This document shows, in pieces, positions 54,148 through 64,000 of a stretch of DNA of 64,000 nt. The notes beneath the pieces are model-generated. The model worked only from the letters and a program-made list of their open reading frames with translations. It was not told where the DNA came from and did no database searches. Each line of letters starts with the position of its first letter. Within the stretch, counting starts at the first letter, position 1. The position numbers and the translations under genes are program-made. Location: contig CAVYAN010000021.1 in NCBI GenBank assembly GCA_963766075.1, forward strand, positions 1-64,000, written 5' to 3'. Source of the DNA: an uncultured cyanobacterium. Lineage in GTDB: Bacteria; Cyanobacteriota; Cyanobacteriia; Leptolyngbyales; Leptolyngbyaceae.

Positions 54148-55272
54148 ATGCCTGTGAGTGAATTAAGCCCCCCCGTTGCCCTGGCTCGTACGCCGCTCTA
54201 CGATCGCGCCATAGCCCTAAATGCCCGCATGACAGAATTTTCTGGCTGGGAAATGCCGGTTCAGTACAGTGGCATTACTGCCGAGCACCACGCCGTCCGC
54301 ACAGGGGCAGGCATGTTCGACATTTCCCACATGGGCAAATTCACCCTGGCTGGTCCCAATGCATTGGAGCAGATTCAGCCCCTAGTGCCGTCGGATCTGA
54401 GCCGCCTCCAGCCGGGACAGGCCCAATACACGGTTCTACTGAATGCTCAAGCGGGTATTATCGACGATCTGATTTTTTACTACCAAGGTGTAGATAAAGC
54501 GGGCAATCAGCAATGGGTGGTGATCGTGAATGCTGCGACGACCCAAAAAGACAAGACCTGGATTCTGGAGCACTTAGACCTGCAACACGTGGCATTTCAA
54601 GATCACTCCTTACATCAAGCCTTGATTGCCGTGCAGGGACCAGAGGCCGTGCACCATCTTCAGGCGTTGGTGGCGGCGGACTTAAGCGCAGTGCCCGCAT
54701 TTGGCCATCTCAACTCCCTGATTTTAGGCCAACCGGGTTTTCTAGCCCGGACGGGCTATACGGGGGAAGATGGCTTTGAAGTGATGATTGCCCCCGAGGC
54801 TGCCCAGGCAGTGTGGCAAACGCTGCTGGATCGGGGCGTGGTGCCCTGTGGGCTGGGCTGCCGCGATACCCTGCGGTTGGAAGCGGCTATGGCGCTGTAT
54901 GGACAAGATATTGATGACACTACCACGCCCCTAGAGGCTGGATTGGGTTGGTTGGTGCACCTGGACCGCAAAGGCGATTTCATCGGGCGGGAGTCGTTGG
55001 TCCAGCAAAAACAATCTGGAGTCGCGCGCAAGTTGGTCGGGTTGCAAATGCAGGGGCGAGCGATCGCCCGTCATGATTATCCGATCCTCTTCCAGGATAA
55101 AGTCATTGGCACCGTCACCAGCGGCACCCAATCCCCCACCTTGGGACAGGCGATCGCCCTGGCCTACGTTCCCACGGCTTTGGCCCAGCCCGGTCAGGTT
55201 CTTGATGTCGAAATTCGCGGTAAGCTTTATCCGGCGATCGTCGTGAAGCGGCCCTTCTACAAGCGAAAATAA
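54148..55272 (+). CDS. gcvT: Glycine cleavage system T protein
   Basis: GMFDISHMG, ARTGYTGEDGFE and GLGCRDTLRLEA. Confidence 0.97.
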   Translation: MPVSELSPPVALARTPLYDRAIALNARMTEFSGWEMPVQYSGITAEHHAVRTGAGMFDISHMGKFTLAGPNALEQIQPLVPSDLSRLQPGQAQYTVLLNAQAGIIDDLIFYYQGVDKAGNQQWVVIVNAATTQKDKTWILEHLDLQHVAFQDHSLHQALIAVQGPEAVHHLQALVAADLSAVPAFGHLNSLILGQPGFLARTGYTGEDGFEVMIAPEAAQAVWQTLLDRGVVPCGLGCRDTLRLEAAMALYGQDIDDTTTPLEAGLGWLVHLDRKGDFIGRESLVQQKQSGVARKLVGLQMQGRAIARHDYPILFQDKVIGTVTSGTQSPTLGQAIALAYVPTALAQPGQVLDVEIRGKLYPAIVVKRPFYKRK

Positions 55273-55288
55273 GTTTAGCGACGGCAAA

Positions 55289-55331
55289 AATTCCTGATGA
55301 GCAATTCCTGATGAGCAATTCCTGATGAGCA
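55289..55331. repeat. 14-bp tandem repeat AATTCCTGATGAGC x3
   Basis: Seen directly. Confidence 0.9.
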
Positions 55332-55373
55332 CAGTGGCGCGTAGTACTATCCAAAATCCCCCGAGGTTTTCCT

Positions 55374-55763
55374 ATGGCATTTGACTATCCTGCGGATTTG
55401 AAATATACCGATACCCACGAATACGCCCGATTAGAGGGAGATGTGGCCACTGTGGGGATTACGGCGTTTGCGATTGATCAATTGGGTGACATTGTATTTC
55501 TGGAACTGCCCACCGTAGGTGATACGGTCGAGAAGGGCGAAAAATTTGGCACGATTGAGTCGGTGAAGGCTGTGGAAGATTTGAAATCCCCTGTCAGCGG
55601 CGTGATTGTGGACTGCAATACGCTCCTAGTAGATACTCCGGAAGCAATTGGCGATGATCCCTATGGGGATGGTTGGTTGTTGAAAGTTCAAGTGGCCGAC
55701 CCCAGTGACTTAGACGATGCCGTTTCAGCCGACATCTATCGCAAACAGGTTGAAGGGGCGTAG
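55374..55763 (+). CDS. gcvH: Glycine cleavage system H protein
   Basis: [10 protein letters not shown], lipoyl motif IESVKA and DPYGDGWL. Confidence 0.97.
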   Translation: MAFDYPADLKYTDTHEYARLEGDVATVGITAFAIDQLGDIVFLELPTVGDTVEKGEKFGTIESVKAVEDLKSPVSGVIVDCNTLLVDTPEAIGDDPYGDGWLLKVQVADPSDLDDAVSADIYRKQVEGA

Positions 55764-55853
55764 CTGACTGGAGATTTTGACAGCCTGAGTTAAGTTTTTA
55801 TGATTCGGGGGTTCAGTTCACCGTGATGGTTCTTTCATAAGCATGTAGGTTCT

Positions 55854-58205
55854 ATGGACTCCACTTTTTTTCAGCAGAGACTTGATCTATTAAGAGCACG
55901 TCTCGCGAATATCCGAGAGTTTCAGAAGCAGTATGAAAAAGAACTGCGGCTGGTGAGTGGTAATTCTGCTGCTGAAACAAGATGGAAAGAGCGTATCAAG
56001 GGCCTGCAAGGCCAGCGCGAGGATCTTTTCAGAGAGCATCAGTTGCTGGTGCAACAAGTCGCCAGCATCCAGCCTGAGTCCTCCAGGTCAGGTATTGATG
56101 AACAACTCCTGCGGATTGAACATGATCTAGAGATGTTGCAGCGTGGACAGGATGCTCTTCTGAGGGAAGAGGGGGCTAATGCGCGAGGCAATACTGCCAC
56201 CAACTGGTCTGCTCCAGAACATCCACCCAATCCAACCCTGCCGGATCGAGATCAGGCATCCAGAGAGGCTGAGGTGCAAGCGCAGTTGAATGCTTTACGT
56301 CAGCGCATCCAATCCTTTGGTGCGCCGACTACGGCTGATATTGATTCCGATAACATCGCCAATCCTGAGATCAGCATAAGTAGTCAGCCCACAGCAGAAT
56401 TGCCGAATCCAACCCCGGCAACTCTACCCCAAGCGGAGCCGATCGCTGACGCACTTCTTAAAGAAGAGGCGCTAGTTAAGGAAGAGGATGAAGAGGCGCT
56501 AGTTAAGGAAGAGGATCTAGCCAATTTAACTGCGGGTGCCGATTTGAATGCCGAAGCGGATCTCCTTGCCTCAGAACCTCTAGCCAAAGAGCCTCTAGAA
56601 CAGGAAGCTGAAGAGTCGCCCCCCCAGCAGCAGCACGAGCTAGAGGAAGATGTCCAGCCCAGCCCAGATGCGCGCCCAGAGCATGATGCACGTCTGGACA
56701 CACGCCTGGACAATAATGCGACCCTGGGAGATGCTGAAATTACATCCTCTGTTGTTCCTCTAGAAGTACCCAATCCAGATAATGTATCTCTCGATGATTC
56801 AATAGCGCAGCCCGATGCACTAGAGCCGCCCGATACACTTGCTCCAATTGCGCAGTTCAATGAGCAAGTAGAGCCCCCCCATGAACGAGTGCCGTCAAAT
56901 GGCATAGGGCCTGCCAGTGGTGTGACGAATATGCATCTGGAGGAGCCACATCGACCGGTCTGGGGACGTAAGAGAAATCTGATGATTTTCCTAGTTCTCC
57001 TGGCCACCTTACTGCCCATTGGATTTAAACTGTCCAGCGATATAAAAGCTGCACTGCAACAAAAAGAGGAAGAAAAAACGTGCTCCCTGGGACTGAAGAA
57101 GACAGGCGATCGCAAGCAAGATTTCTTGGCCAATCAGCGCGTTTTGGAGGCGTGCATTGCGCTGAAAGACCGCAACCCCAATAACGTTTCTGCCTTGAAA
57201 AATGCCGGAAGGGCATCACTATTGACATGGTCGTCTGCGTCCGATGAGAGCACCAAAAAAAACGTGATTGATCGGTCAAGAGAGTATTTTCGGCAAGCCG
57301 TAGACGCGAGTGGAAAGAAAGATCCCCAAGCGCTATTCTACTGGAAATTCATGGATGACTTTGAAGAATTCACCTCTAAAGCGAAGGATAAATCAAAGCA
57401 AAACTTCCAATGCGATATGAAGGTTTCCGAGCGTTATAAAGAGGCTTTGGAAATCTACAATCCGCCAAATGGCTCTAATGCACCCTACAAAATATCCCAG
57501 GGTGATGAGTTTATTTTATTGGAGTTGAGCCACTTCCTCATGAATCGGGATGTGGGGTATCAAAATGCAGTTGATCTCTTGGATAGTGTTCTGAAAGCTA
57601 ATCCTGATCCAGAACATAAGGACAAGATTCTCAAGAATATTTGGTTGAGTAAAGCCGGTGCGGAAACTCGTTTGAATCGATATGATCAAGTCAGGGATTC
57701 GCTGATTAAAGCGCTGGAATATGACCCGAAGTCCTATAAAATCATTCAAGATTTGGGGTCTGCCTATGCTCAGCTTTCGATCAATGACTCTTCCCAGAAC
57801 AAAGATAGAGATCGCGAGTTGGCGATCGCAGAATATCAGAAGATCACTCAGAATAGCGATACCGCTAATAGTTACCGTGCCTGGAGAAATTTAAGCTTCC
57901 TGCTTTATTTAGAGGAAAAATATGCCGATGCGGTTCAAGCCTTTGAGAAGACGTTGACATTCAAGGCCGCTCTGAGTGAGAGCGATCAAGAAAATGCTGG
58001 ACTCATTCAAGGGTACCGAGATCTGTCTATCGCGTGTAGCACCGGTGGCGATTGTTCTCCGGCTAGAAAAGATGTGCTTGAAAAAGAGCTAAGAGATCGG
58101 CAAATATTTTCCAACTACTTCATTACTCATGATTTGATTGAAACAGAAGTCAAAGATCCCTTTTTTGATGTGGAGCATGATGTGTTCTATAAATGTCAAA
58201 AATAA
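55854..58205 (+). CDS. Single-pass membrane protein: N-terminal helical/coiled domain, acidic disordered linker, TM, C-terminal TPR repeats
   Basis: TM segment LMIFLVLLATLLPIGF and TPR-like ALEYDPKSYKIIQDLGSAY and AWRNLSFLLYLEEKYADAVQAFEK. Confidence 0.75.
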   Translation: MDSTFFQQRLDLLRARLANIREFQKQYEKELRLVSGNSAAETRWKERIKGLQGQREDLFREHQLLVQQVASIQPESSRSGIDEQLLRIEHDLEMLQRGQDALLREEGANARGNTATNWSAPEHPPNPTLPDRDQASREAEVQAQLNALRQRIQSFGAPTTADIDSDNIANPEISISSQPTAELPNPTPATLPQAEPIADALLKEEALVKEEDEEALVKEEDLANLTAGADLNAEADLLASEPLAKEPLEQEAEESPPQQQHELEEDVQPSPDARPEHDARLDTRLDNNATLGDAEITSSVVPLEVPNPDNVSLDDSIAQPDALEPPDTLAPIAQFNEQVEPPHERVPSNGIGPASGVTNMHLEEPHRPVWGRKRNLMIFLVLLATLLPIGFKLSSDIKAALQQKEEEKTCSLGLKKTGDRKQDFLANQRVLEACIALKDRNPNNVSALKNAGRASLLTWSSASDESTKKNVIDRSREYFRQAVDASGKKDPQALFYWKFMDDFEEFTSKAKDKSKQNFQCDMKVSERYKEALEIYNPPNGSNAPYKISQGDEFILLELSHFLMNRDVGYQNAVDLLDSVLKANPDPEHKDKILKNIWLSKAGAETRLNRYDQVRDSLIKALEYDPKSYKIIQDLGSAYAQLSINDSSQNKDRDRELAIAEYQKITQNSDTANSYRAWRNLSFLLYLEEKYADAVQAFEKTLTFKAALSESDQENAGLIQGYRDLSIACSTGGDCSPARKDVLEKELRDRQIFSNYFITHDLIETEVKDPFFDVEHDVFYKCQK

Positions 58206-58302
58206 GAACCGCCAAAAATAAAAAGGCCAAACATTAGAGATTGGCCGTCTCTAATGATCCACTGTGACTCTCCGTCAATCATTCAACTGGCGATCAAAAT
58301 AC

Positions 58303-59055
58303 ATGCGTTATTTCCGGTTTTTAGTAGTTACTTTTGTCGCGGTAATTTTTATCTTTCTGAATAGCTGCGATCTGGGTACCCACAGTCGAAAGTCTCCCGT
58401 TGATCCAGTGCCTGAGCAGCCGATGACTGAGCTGCTTTACTTAGTCGAGCTAGGACTCATGAAGGGGCATTTGTTAGTTGCAAACGAGCTGCTCGGCCAA
58501 GGCACACCGGATCAAGCGGAACCCCACCTAGGGCACCCGATCGAAGAGATTTATCTTCAAATTGACGAGCCTTTACAGGCCCACAAAATTCCGGAGTTTA
58601 AGACCACGTTGATTAAATTGCATGAGCTGGCAAAATATGCCCCAGCCAACCCAGATATTAAAACGGGGTATGAAGCTTCCATTAATTCAATTAATATGGC
58701 GATTAACGCTATTCCTCAGGACAAGCGTCAATCCCCGGAATTCGTGATTAAAGCCATCGGGGAAATCTTGCAAACAATGGCCGATGAGTATACTGCAGCG
58801 GTTGCTAATAATAAAATCGTTGCCCGGATAGAATATCAGGATGCGCGAGGATTTATGATCTATGCCGAGGAATTGTATGGCACGATCGCCAATCAGATGA
58901 CCCAACAATCCTCCACGACGCATCAGGCCATGACCCAAAGCTTGGATCAGCTTAAAAAAGGATTTCCTTCCGTCAATCCTCCCAAGGTCCTGATCCTGCA
59001 ACCCAACAAAGTCTCTGAGATTGTAAAGACAATCCAGGGCATGAAGGTTTCTTGA
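58303..59055 (+). CDS. Putative lipoprotein with a His/Glu helical domain (GLMKGHL...EPHLGHPIEEIY...EYQDARGF)
   Basis: Signal peptide ending FLNSC. The motifs match a conserved cyanobacterial hypothetical family as I recall it. Confidence 0.7.
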   Translation: MRYFRFLVVTFVAVIFIFLNSCDLGTHSRKSPVDPVPEQPMTELLYLVELGLMKGHLLVANELLGQGTPDQAEPHLGHPIEEIYLQIDEPLQAHKIPEFKTTLIKLHELAKYAPANPDIKTGYEASINSINMAINAIPQDKRQSPEFVIKAIGEILQTMADEYTAAVANNKIVARIEYQDARGFMIYAEELYGTIANQMTQQSSTTHQAMTQSLDQLKKGFPSVNPPKVLILQPNKVSEIVKTIQGMKVS

Positions 59056-59312
59056 CTTTAATTTTGACCTTAATATCGTCTCGCCATCATTTAGTGCAAT
59101 ACAGGTTTGCGTCTCACCGGACCCTTGCATTGGGCTGTGCCTTGGGTTGCAGCGCAAAGGCAATGCGGCATCGTCAAAATTCGCCTTGGACTATTGCCGT
59201 GCGGATGCTTCGTGGAGCTGGGCTTTGCCTGCGGAAAGCCGCCACCGTAAAGCCAGCAGGTTGAAAAAGCTGTTAAAGTTTGTAAACTGAATCCATACTG
59301 TCTCGAAGGTGA

Positions 59313-62246
59313 ATGTGTCCTATGTTGGAGCCTGTTACCGATCCGTCCGCTGTGTGCCTGAATTCCGCGCCTCCTGTTGCATATACGGATGTGTTCCAAC
59401 AGCGTCACATTGGTCCCAGTTCAGAGGACGTGCAGCAAATGCTGAGCAAGCTGGGATTTGATAGCTTGGCCGCTTTGATCGAAGCCACTGTCCCCCCGGC
59501 AATTCGCCTTCGCCAATCGCTGCAACTGCCCGCCGCCAAAAGTGAGTATGAGCTACTGGCCGAACTCAAAGCGATCGCCCAGCATAATCAGGTTTACCGC
59601 TCCTACATCGGCATGGGCTATGCCAATTGCATCACCCCCCCGGTCATCCAGCGCAATATTTTAGAAAACCCCGCCTGGTATACCCAATACACCCCCTATC
59701 AGCCCGAAATTGCTCAAGGCAGGCTCGAAGCCCTGCTCAACTTTCAAACCCTCATTACTGATCTGACCGGGTTGGAAATTGCCAATGCCTCCCTCCTGGA
59801 CGAAGGCACCGCCGCCGCCGAAGCCATGGCCCTCAGCTACAGCGTTACCAAAACCAAATCCCATCGCTTCTGGGTTTCTGCCGCGTGTCATCCCCAGACC
59901 ATTGCAGTGATCCAAACCCGCGCCTTGCCCCTGGGCATTGAGGTCGTGGTCGGTGATCACCGCCACTTCACCTTCGACCAGCCCGTCTTTGGTGTATTGC
60001 TGCAATACCCTGCCACCGACGGTGCCCTCTACGACTACACTGACTTTATTCAACAGGCCCATACTGCTGGGGCGATCGCCGCCGTCGCTGCCGACCTGCT
60101 TAGCCTTACCCTGCTCAAGCCCCCCGGCGAATTTGGGGCCGATATCGCGATCGGCAACACCCAGCGGTTTGGCGTTCCGTTGGGTTATGGCGGCCCCCAT
60201 GCGGCCTATTTCGCTACCAAAGAAGCATTTAAGCGCCAACTTCCCGGACGCCTAGTTGGCCTGTCCAAAGATGTCCACGGCCAGCCCGCCCTGCGTCTCG
60301 CCTTGCAAACACGCGAGCAGCACATCCGCCGCGACAAAGCCACTAGCAATATCTGCACTGCCCAAGTTCTATTAGCGGTTATGGCTAGTATGTACGCCGT
60401 CTACCACGGTCCCCAAGGCTTAAAGCGTATTGCTGAACGGGTCCATACCCTGACCCAAATCCTCGCCACTGGACTCCACAAATTAGGCTACACCCTGGGC
60501 AGTGAGGCGTACTTTGACACGCTGCGGGTGACTGTGGGCAACGGTCAAGCAGCGGGCTCGGTTGACGCGATTATGCAGCAGGCGATCGCCCAGCGCATCA
60601 ATCTCCGCAGGCTTGATGATGGTGCGATCGGTATCACTCTGGACGAAACAGTCACCCTTGCGGATCTCACCGCCCTGATCCGGATCTTTGCGGGCGATCA
60701 GCCTCTGTCTTGGTCCGTCTCAGATCTGATTCCGTCCGTGGCGCTGCCGGCCATTCCAGCCCATCTCGCTCGAGTTTCCCCCTACCTTACCCATCCTAGC
60801 TTTAACACCTACCACTCTGAAACCGAGCTGCTGCGGTACATGTATCGTCTGCAAATGAAGGATCTGTCCCTAACCACGGCCATGATTCCCCTCGGTTCCT
60901 GCACCATGAAACTCAACGCCACCGCCGAGATGGTGCCCGTCACCTGGGCAGAATTTGGCCAGATCCATCCCTTTGCGCCCACCGCCCAAACCCAGGGCTA
61001 CCAAATCCTGTTTCAACAGTTGACTACATGGTTGGCGGAAATTACCGGTTTTGCGGGCATCTCCCTCCAGCCCAATGCCGGATCCCAGGGCGAATACGCT
61101 GGCCTGCTGGTGATTCGGCAATATCACGAATCCCGGGGTGACAGCCATCGCACGGTCTGCTTGATTCCCCAATCTGCCCATGGCACCAATCCCGCCAGCG
61201 CCGTCATGGCGGGGATGAAAGTTGTGGCGATCGCCTGTGACCCCGACGGCAACATCGATCTCACCGACCTCGCCGCCAAAGCGGAGACTCACCGCGACCA
61301 GCTTTCTGCCCTTATGGTTACTTATCCTTCCACCCATGGTGTTTTCGAGGAAGGTATCAAAGACATCTGTGCCATTGTCCATGCCCACGGTGGCCAAGTC
61401 TATATGGACGGAGCCAACATGAATGCCCAAGTGGGTCTGTGTCGCCCCGGTGACTTTGGCGCTGACGTCTGTCACCTCAATCTCCACAAAACCTTCTGTA
61501 TTCCCCATGGGGGTGGCGGTCCGGGGGTAGGGCCAATTGGCGTCGCGGCCCATCTTGTCCCTTTTCTGCCCAGTCACCCGGTCGTGCCGATGGCGGGCAG
61601 TCAGGCGATCGGGCCGGTTTCTGCTGCACCTTGGGGCAGCGCTAGTATCCTGCCGATTTCCTGGATGTACATTGCGCTCATGGGTCCAGAGGGGCTGACC
61701 CACGCAACCCAAATCGCCATTCTGAGTGCGAATTACATCGCCCGTCGTCTAGAAGGATACTATCCCGTGCTGTACACCGGCAAAACGGGCTTAGTGGCCC
61801 ATGAATGCATTATTGATTTGCGCCAGTTCAAAAAAACCGCCGAAATCGAAGTGGATGATATTGCGAAACGACTGATTGACTACGGCTTCCATCCACCGAC
61901 GGTATCCTGGCCCGTTGCGGGCACGATCATGGTGGAACCGACGGAAAGCGAATCCCTAGCCGAGTTGGATCGCTTCTGTGATGCCATGATTGCGATCCGG
62001 GAGGAGATTCGCCAGATCGAGGTGGGCCAGAGCGATCGCCAAAATAACCTCCTGAAAAATGCACCCCACACCGCGCGATCGCTCACAGAGGATTGGGATC
62101 GCCCCTACTCGCGCCAGCAGGCCGTTTATCCCACCCCCTGGACACAAGCCAGCAAGTTCTGGGCTTCTGTAGGGCGGATTGACCAAGCCTATGGCGATCG
62201 CAATCTTGTTTGCACCTGTCCGCCTCTAGACGCCTACAGCGACTAA
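59313..62246 (+). CDS. gcvP: Glycine dehydrogenase (P protein)
   Basis: [30 protein letters not shown] and [18 protein letters not shown]. Confidence 0.98.
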   Translation: MCPMLEPVTDPSAVCLNSAPPVAYTDVFQQRHIGPSSEDVQQMLSKLGFDSLAALIEATVPPAIRLRQSLQLPAAKSEYELLAELKAIAQHNQVYRSYIGMGYANCITPPVIQRNILENPAWYTQYTPYQPEIAQGRLEALLNFQTLITDLTGLEIANASLLDEGTAAAEAMALSYSVTKTKSHRFWVSAACHPQTIAVIQTRALPLGIEVVVGDHRHFTFDQPVFGVLLQYPATDGALYDYTDFIQQAHTAGAIAAVAADLLSLTLLKPPGEFGADIAIGNTQRFGVPLGYGGPHAAYFATKEAFKRQLPGRLVGLSKDVHGQPALRLALQTREQHIRRDKATSNICTAQVLLAVMASMYAVYHGPQGLKRIAERVHTLTQILATGLHKLGYTLGSEAYFDTLRVTVGNGQAAGSVDAIMQQAIAQRINLRRLDDGAIGITLDETVTLADLTALIRIFAGDQPLSWSVSDLIPSVALPAIPAHLARVSPYLTHPSFNTYHSETELLRYMYRLQMKDLSLTTAMIPLGSCTMKLNATAEMVPVTWAEFGQIHPFAPTAQTQGYQILFQQLTTWLAEITGFAGISLQPNAGSQGEYAGLLVIRQYHESRGDSHRTVCLIPQSAHGTNPASAVMAGMKVVAIACDPDGNIDLTDLAAKAETHRDQLSALMVTYPSTHGVFEEGIKDICAIVHAHGGQVYMDGANMNAQVGLCRPGDFGADVCHLNLHKTFCIPHGGGGPGVGPIGVAAHLVPFLPSHPVVPMAGSQAIGPVSAAPWGSASILPISWMYIALMGPEGLTHATQIAILSANYIARRLEGYYPVLYTGKTGLVAHECIIDLRQFKKTAEIEVDDIAKRLIDYGFHPPTVSWPVAGTIMVEPTESESLAELDRFCDAMIAIREEIRQIEVGQSDRQNNLLKNAPHTARSLTEDWDRPYSRQQAVYPTPWTQASKFWASVGRIDQAYGDRNLVCTCPPLDAYSD

Positions 62247-62358
62247 TCCCAAAAATCCCTAACCGAAGCACACCCTGGAGCCGTTCTGGCTCCAATGCAG
62301 CCTTTTGGCCCCCGTGCGGGTGCTCTTGCCCTTCGCACCGCGTTGCTAGAGGATCAGC

Positions 62359-63060
62359 CTATTTCGGGGGATCAGCCGATTCCGACACTTCCCGCGCAAT
62401 CGATTGCACTGTTTGAATCTGATCCGAGCTAAAAGCCGCCGCCGCTAGGTCTTCTTGCAAAAAAATCGGATCGGCAAATCCAGGGTTCAATCGTTGGGCT
62501 TGGCGATAGTGGCTCTTGGCTTGGGCGTGATCCCCATTGCCCCGATGGGCGATGGCAGCAGCCACCAGGGGATGGGGATTGTTCGGCTCTAATTGGGCAG
62601 CGGCGTTGGCGGCGGCGATCGCCCAGTCGTACTGTCCCAATTGGTGCCAAGCCAAGCTCAAGTTGTAATAGGAAATTTCGTTATCCGGCTTCAGGACTGT
62701 GGCCCAGCTATGGGTGATGACCGCTGCCGTCAGATGATTGTCCACCAGATAAACAATGCCCAGGGCATTAGCCGTTTCGACGTTGAATGGATTTAGGGCC
62801 AGGGCTGTCTCCAAAGTGACGGCGGCTGAGGCAGACTGCTTGGCTAGGTGCTGGGTCCAGCCCAGCAGCACCTGCCCCGAAATATTCTCCGGTTCCAGAG
62901 CCACGGATTTTTGGAGGGCGGCAATCGCGGCGGCATATTGACCCTGCTGTCGATAGAGCAGGCCCTGCTGCCGATAGCCCGCAGCGGATAGACCAAACGC
63001 TGGAGAGATAGGGAGCACCAGAGCAAGGGCGATCGCCCAACCGATCTCTGAGCGGCGCAT
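62359..63060 (-). CDS. Secreted TPR protein
   Basis: Signal-like N-terminus and TPR units (AALQKSVALEPEN, YYNLSLAWHQLGQY). Confidence 0.85.
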   Translation of the reverse strand: MRRSEIGWAIALALVLPISPAFGLSAAGYRQQGLLYRQQGQYAAAIAALQKSVALEPENISGQVLLGWTQHLAKQSASAAVTLETALALNPFNVETANALGIVYLVDNHLTAAVITHSWATVLKPDNEISYYNLSLAWHQLGQYDWAIAAANAAAQLEPNNPHPLVAAAIAHRGNGDHAQAKSHYRQAQRLNPGFADPIFLQEDLAAAAFSSDQIQTVQSIAREVSESADPPK

Positions 63061-63114
63061 TTGGGGCCGCCAGCATTTTATTTTATTTATGTAAAATTTA
63101 AAGTGTTTCACGGC

Positions 63115-63963
63115 TTACCTTTGGCACTGGGGGCAGTAGTGCGCGGATCGGCCCGCCAGCTTGAGGCGCTCAATCGGAGTGCTACAGACTCGGCAAGCAT
63201 CGCCATCGCGCCCGTAAACCCAGGCAATGCCGCCGTAATTCCCATTAATCCCTGAAATATCCCGATAGTCGCTAAACGTGGTGCCCCGAGCCTCAATACT
63301 GGCTTGCAGGACGGCCCGAATGTGACCGTGTAACTGCTGCACCTGCGGAGTGCTGATCTGACTACACAGTGTCTGAGGACGAATCCCACTCAGAAACAGG
63401 GCCTCATCGGCATAAATATTGCCAATTCCCGCCACCAGAGATTGATCCAATAAAGCGTTTTTAATCGGACGCTGGCGATTTTTTAGCCATTGCTCCAAAT
63501 ACGCCGGGGAAAAGTCATCGGCAAAGGGTTCTGGACCCAGGGTATGCAGTCCTGTGATCACCTGGTCCACAGGTTTGCCGGGTGGCACCCACCATAGACG
63601 GCCAAAGGTGCGCTGGTCTATAAACCGCAGTTCCCGACCGTGAGGAAAGACCATCCGCACCCGCGTATGTTTGGTCACGACATCCGTTTGCTCGACCCAC
63701 AGCAGTTGCCCAGTCATCCGCAAATGGACACCCAAATAGCCCGCTGGTTTTCCCGAATCCTGAACCAGCTCAGCGAGTAAATATTTGCCGCGACGCTGCC
63801 AGTGGGCGATCGCCACCCCCGTCAGCCCTGCCCAAAATTCTCCAACAGAAACAGGGTGGGCAATGCTGCGAGCAAGCAACACATCCCCACCCTGAATAAT
63901 TTGGTTCAGGGTCACTTGATTAAGACCCCGACGAACAGTTTCGACCTCAGGTAACTCGGGCAC
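63115..63963 (-). CDS. mutM: Formamidopyrimidine-DNA glycosylase
   Basis: MPELPEVET, RRGKYL, HLRMTG, GNIYADEALF and a C4 zinc finger. Confidence 0.97.
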   Translation of the reverse strand: MPELPEVETVRRGLNQVTLNQIIQGGDVLLARSIAHPVSVGEFWAGLTGVAIAHWQRRGKYLLAELVQDSGKPAGYLGVHLRMTGQLLWVEQTDVVTKHTRVRMVFPHGRELRFIDQRTFGRLWWVPPGKPVDQVITGLHTLGPEPFADDFSPAYLEQWLKNRQRPIKNALLDQSLVAGIGNIYADEALFLSGIRPQTLCSQISTPQVQQLHGHIRAVLQASIEARGTTFSDYRDISGINGNYGGIAWVYGRDGDACRVCSTPIERLKLAGRSAHYCPQCQR

Positions 63964-64000
63964 AAGTGCCTAACCTCAAGCCTTTTTAGGCGCTTTTTTA

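Overview
The window looks like two unrelated genomes joined at about 13,431. Bases 1-13.4 kb are GC-rich and Planctomycetes-like, with dense single-base frameshifts that are probably read errors. This part carries a three-gene large-serine-recombinase element, an IS66 nested in the left end of an IS4, an ABC permease, TA remnants, DinB, Uma2 and the 5' half of an autotransporter-repeat surface protein. Bases 13.4-64 kb are cyanobacterial: HIP1 octamers (GCGATCGC) are abundant, with short tandem repeats, petJ, NTRC and DUF751. Its accessory start holds a DUF433/DUF5615 TA pair followed by an attC-like site, a REP/RAYT remnant, a DUF4347/FG-GAP/cadherin adhesin, and a promoter-structured leader-small ORF unit. 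The rest is mostly housekeeping genes: upp, URC4, dedA x2, ABC, accC, NTRC, cobW, cysS, petJ, nagZ, rbfA, lnt, clpS, dxr, gcvT/H/P and mutM. Within it lie a membrane-anchored Card1-like nuclease opposite an orphan NrdG-like radical SAM, a methyltransferase-pilin-OGT-OGT cluster and a two-gene insert splitting gcvH from gcvP. No rRNA, tRNA or CRISPR array was recognised. All family calls come from motif recognition by eye, not from database searches.
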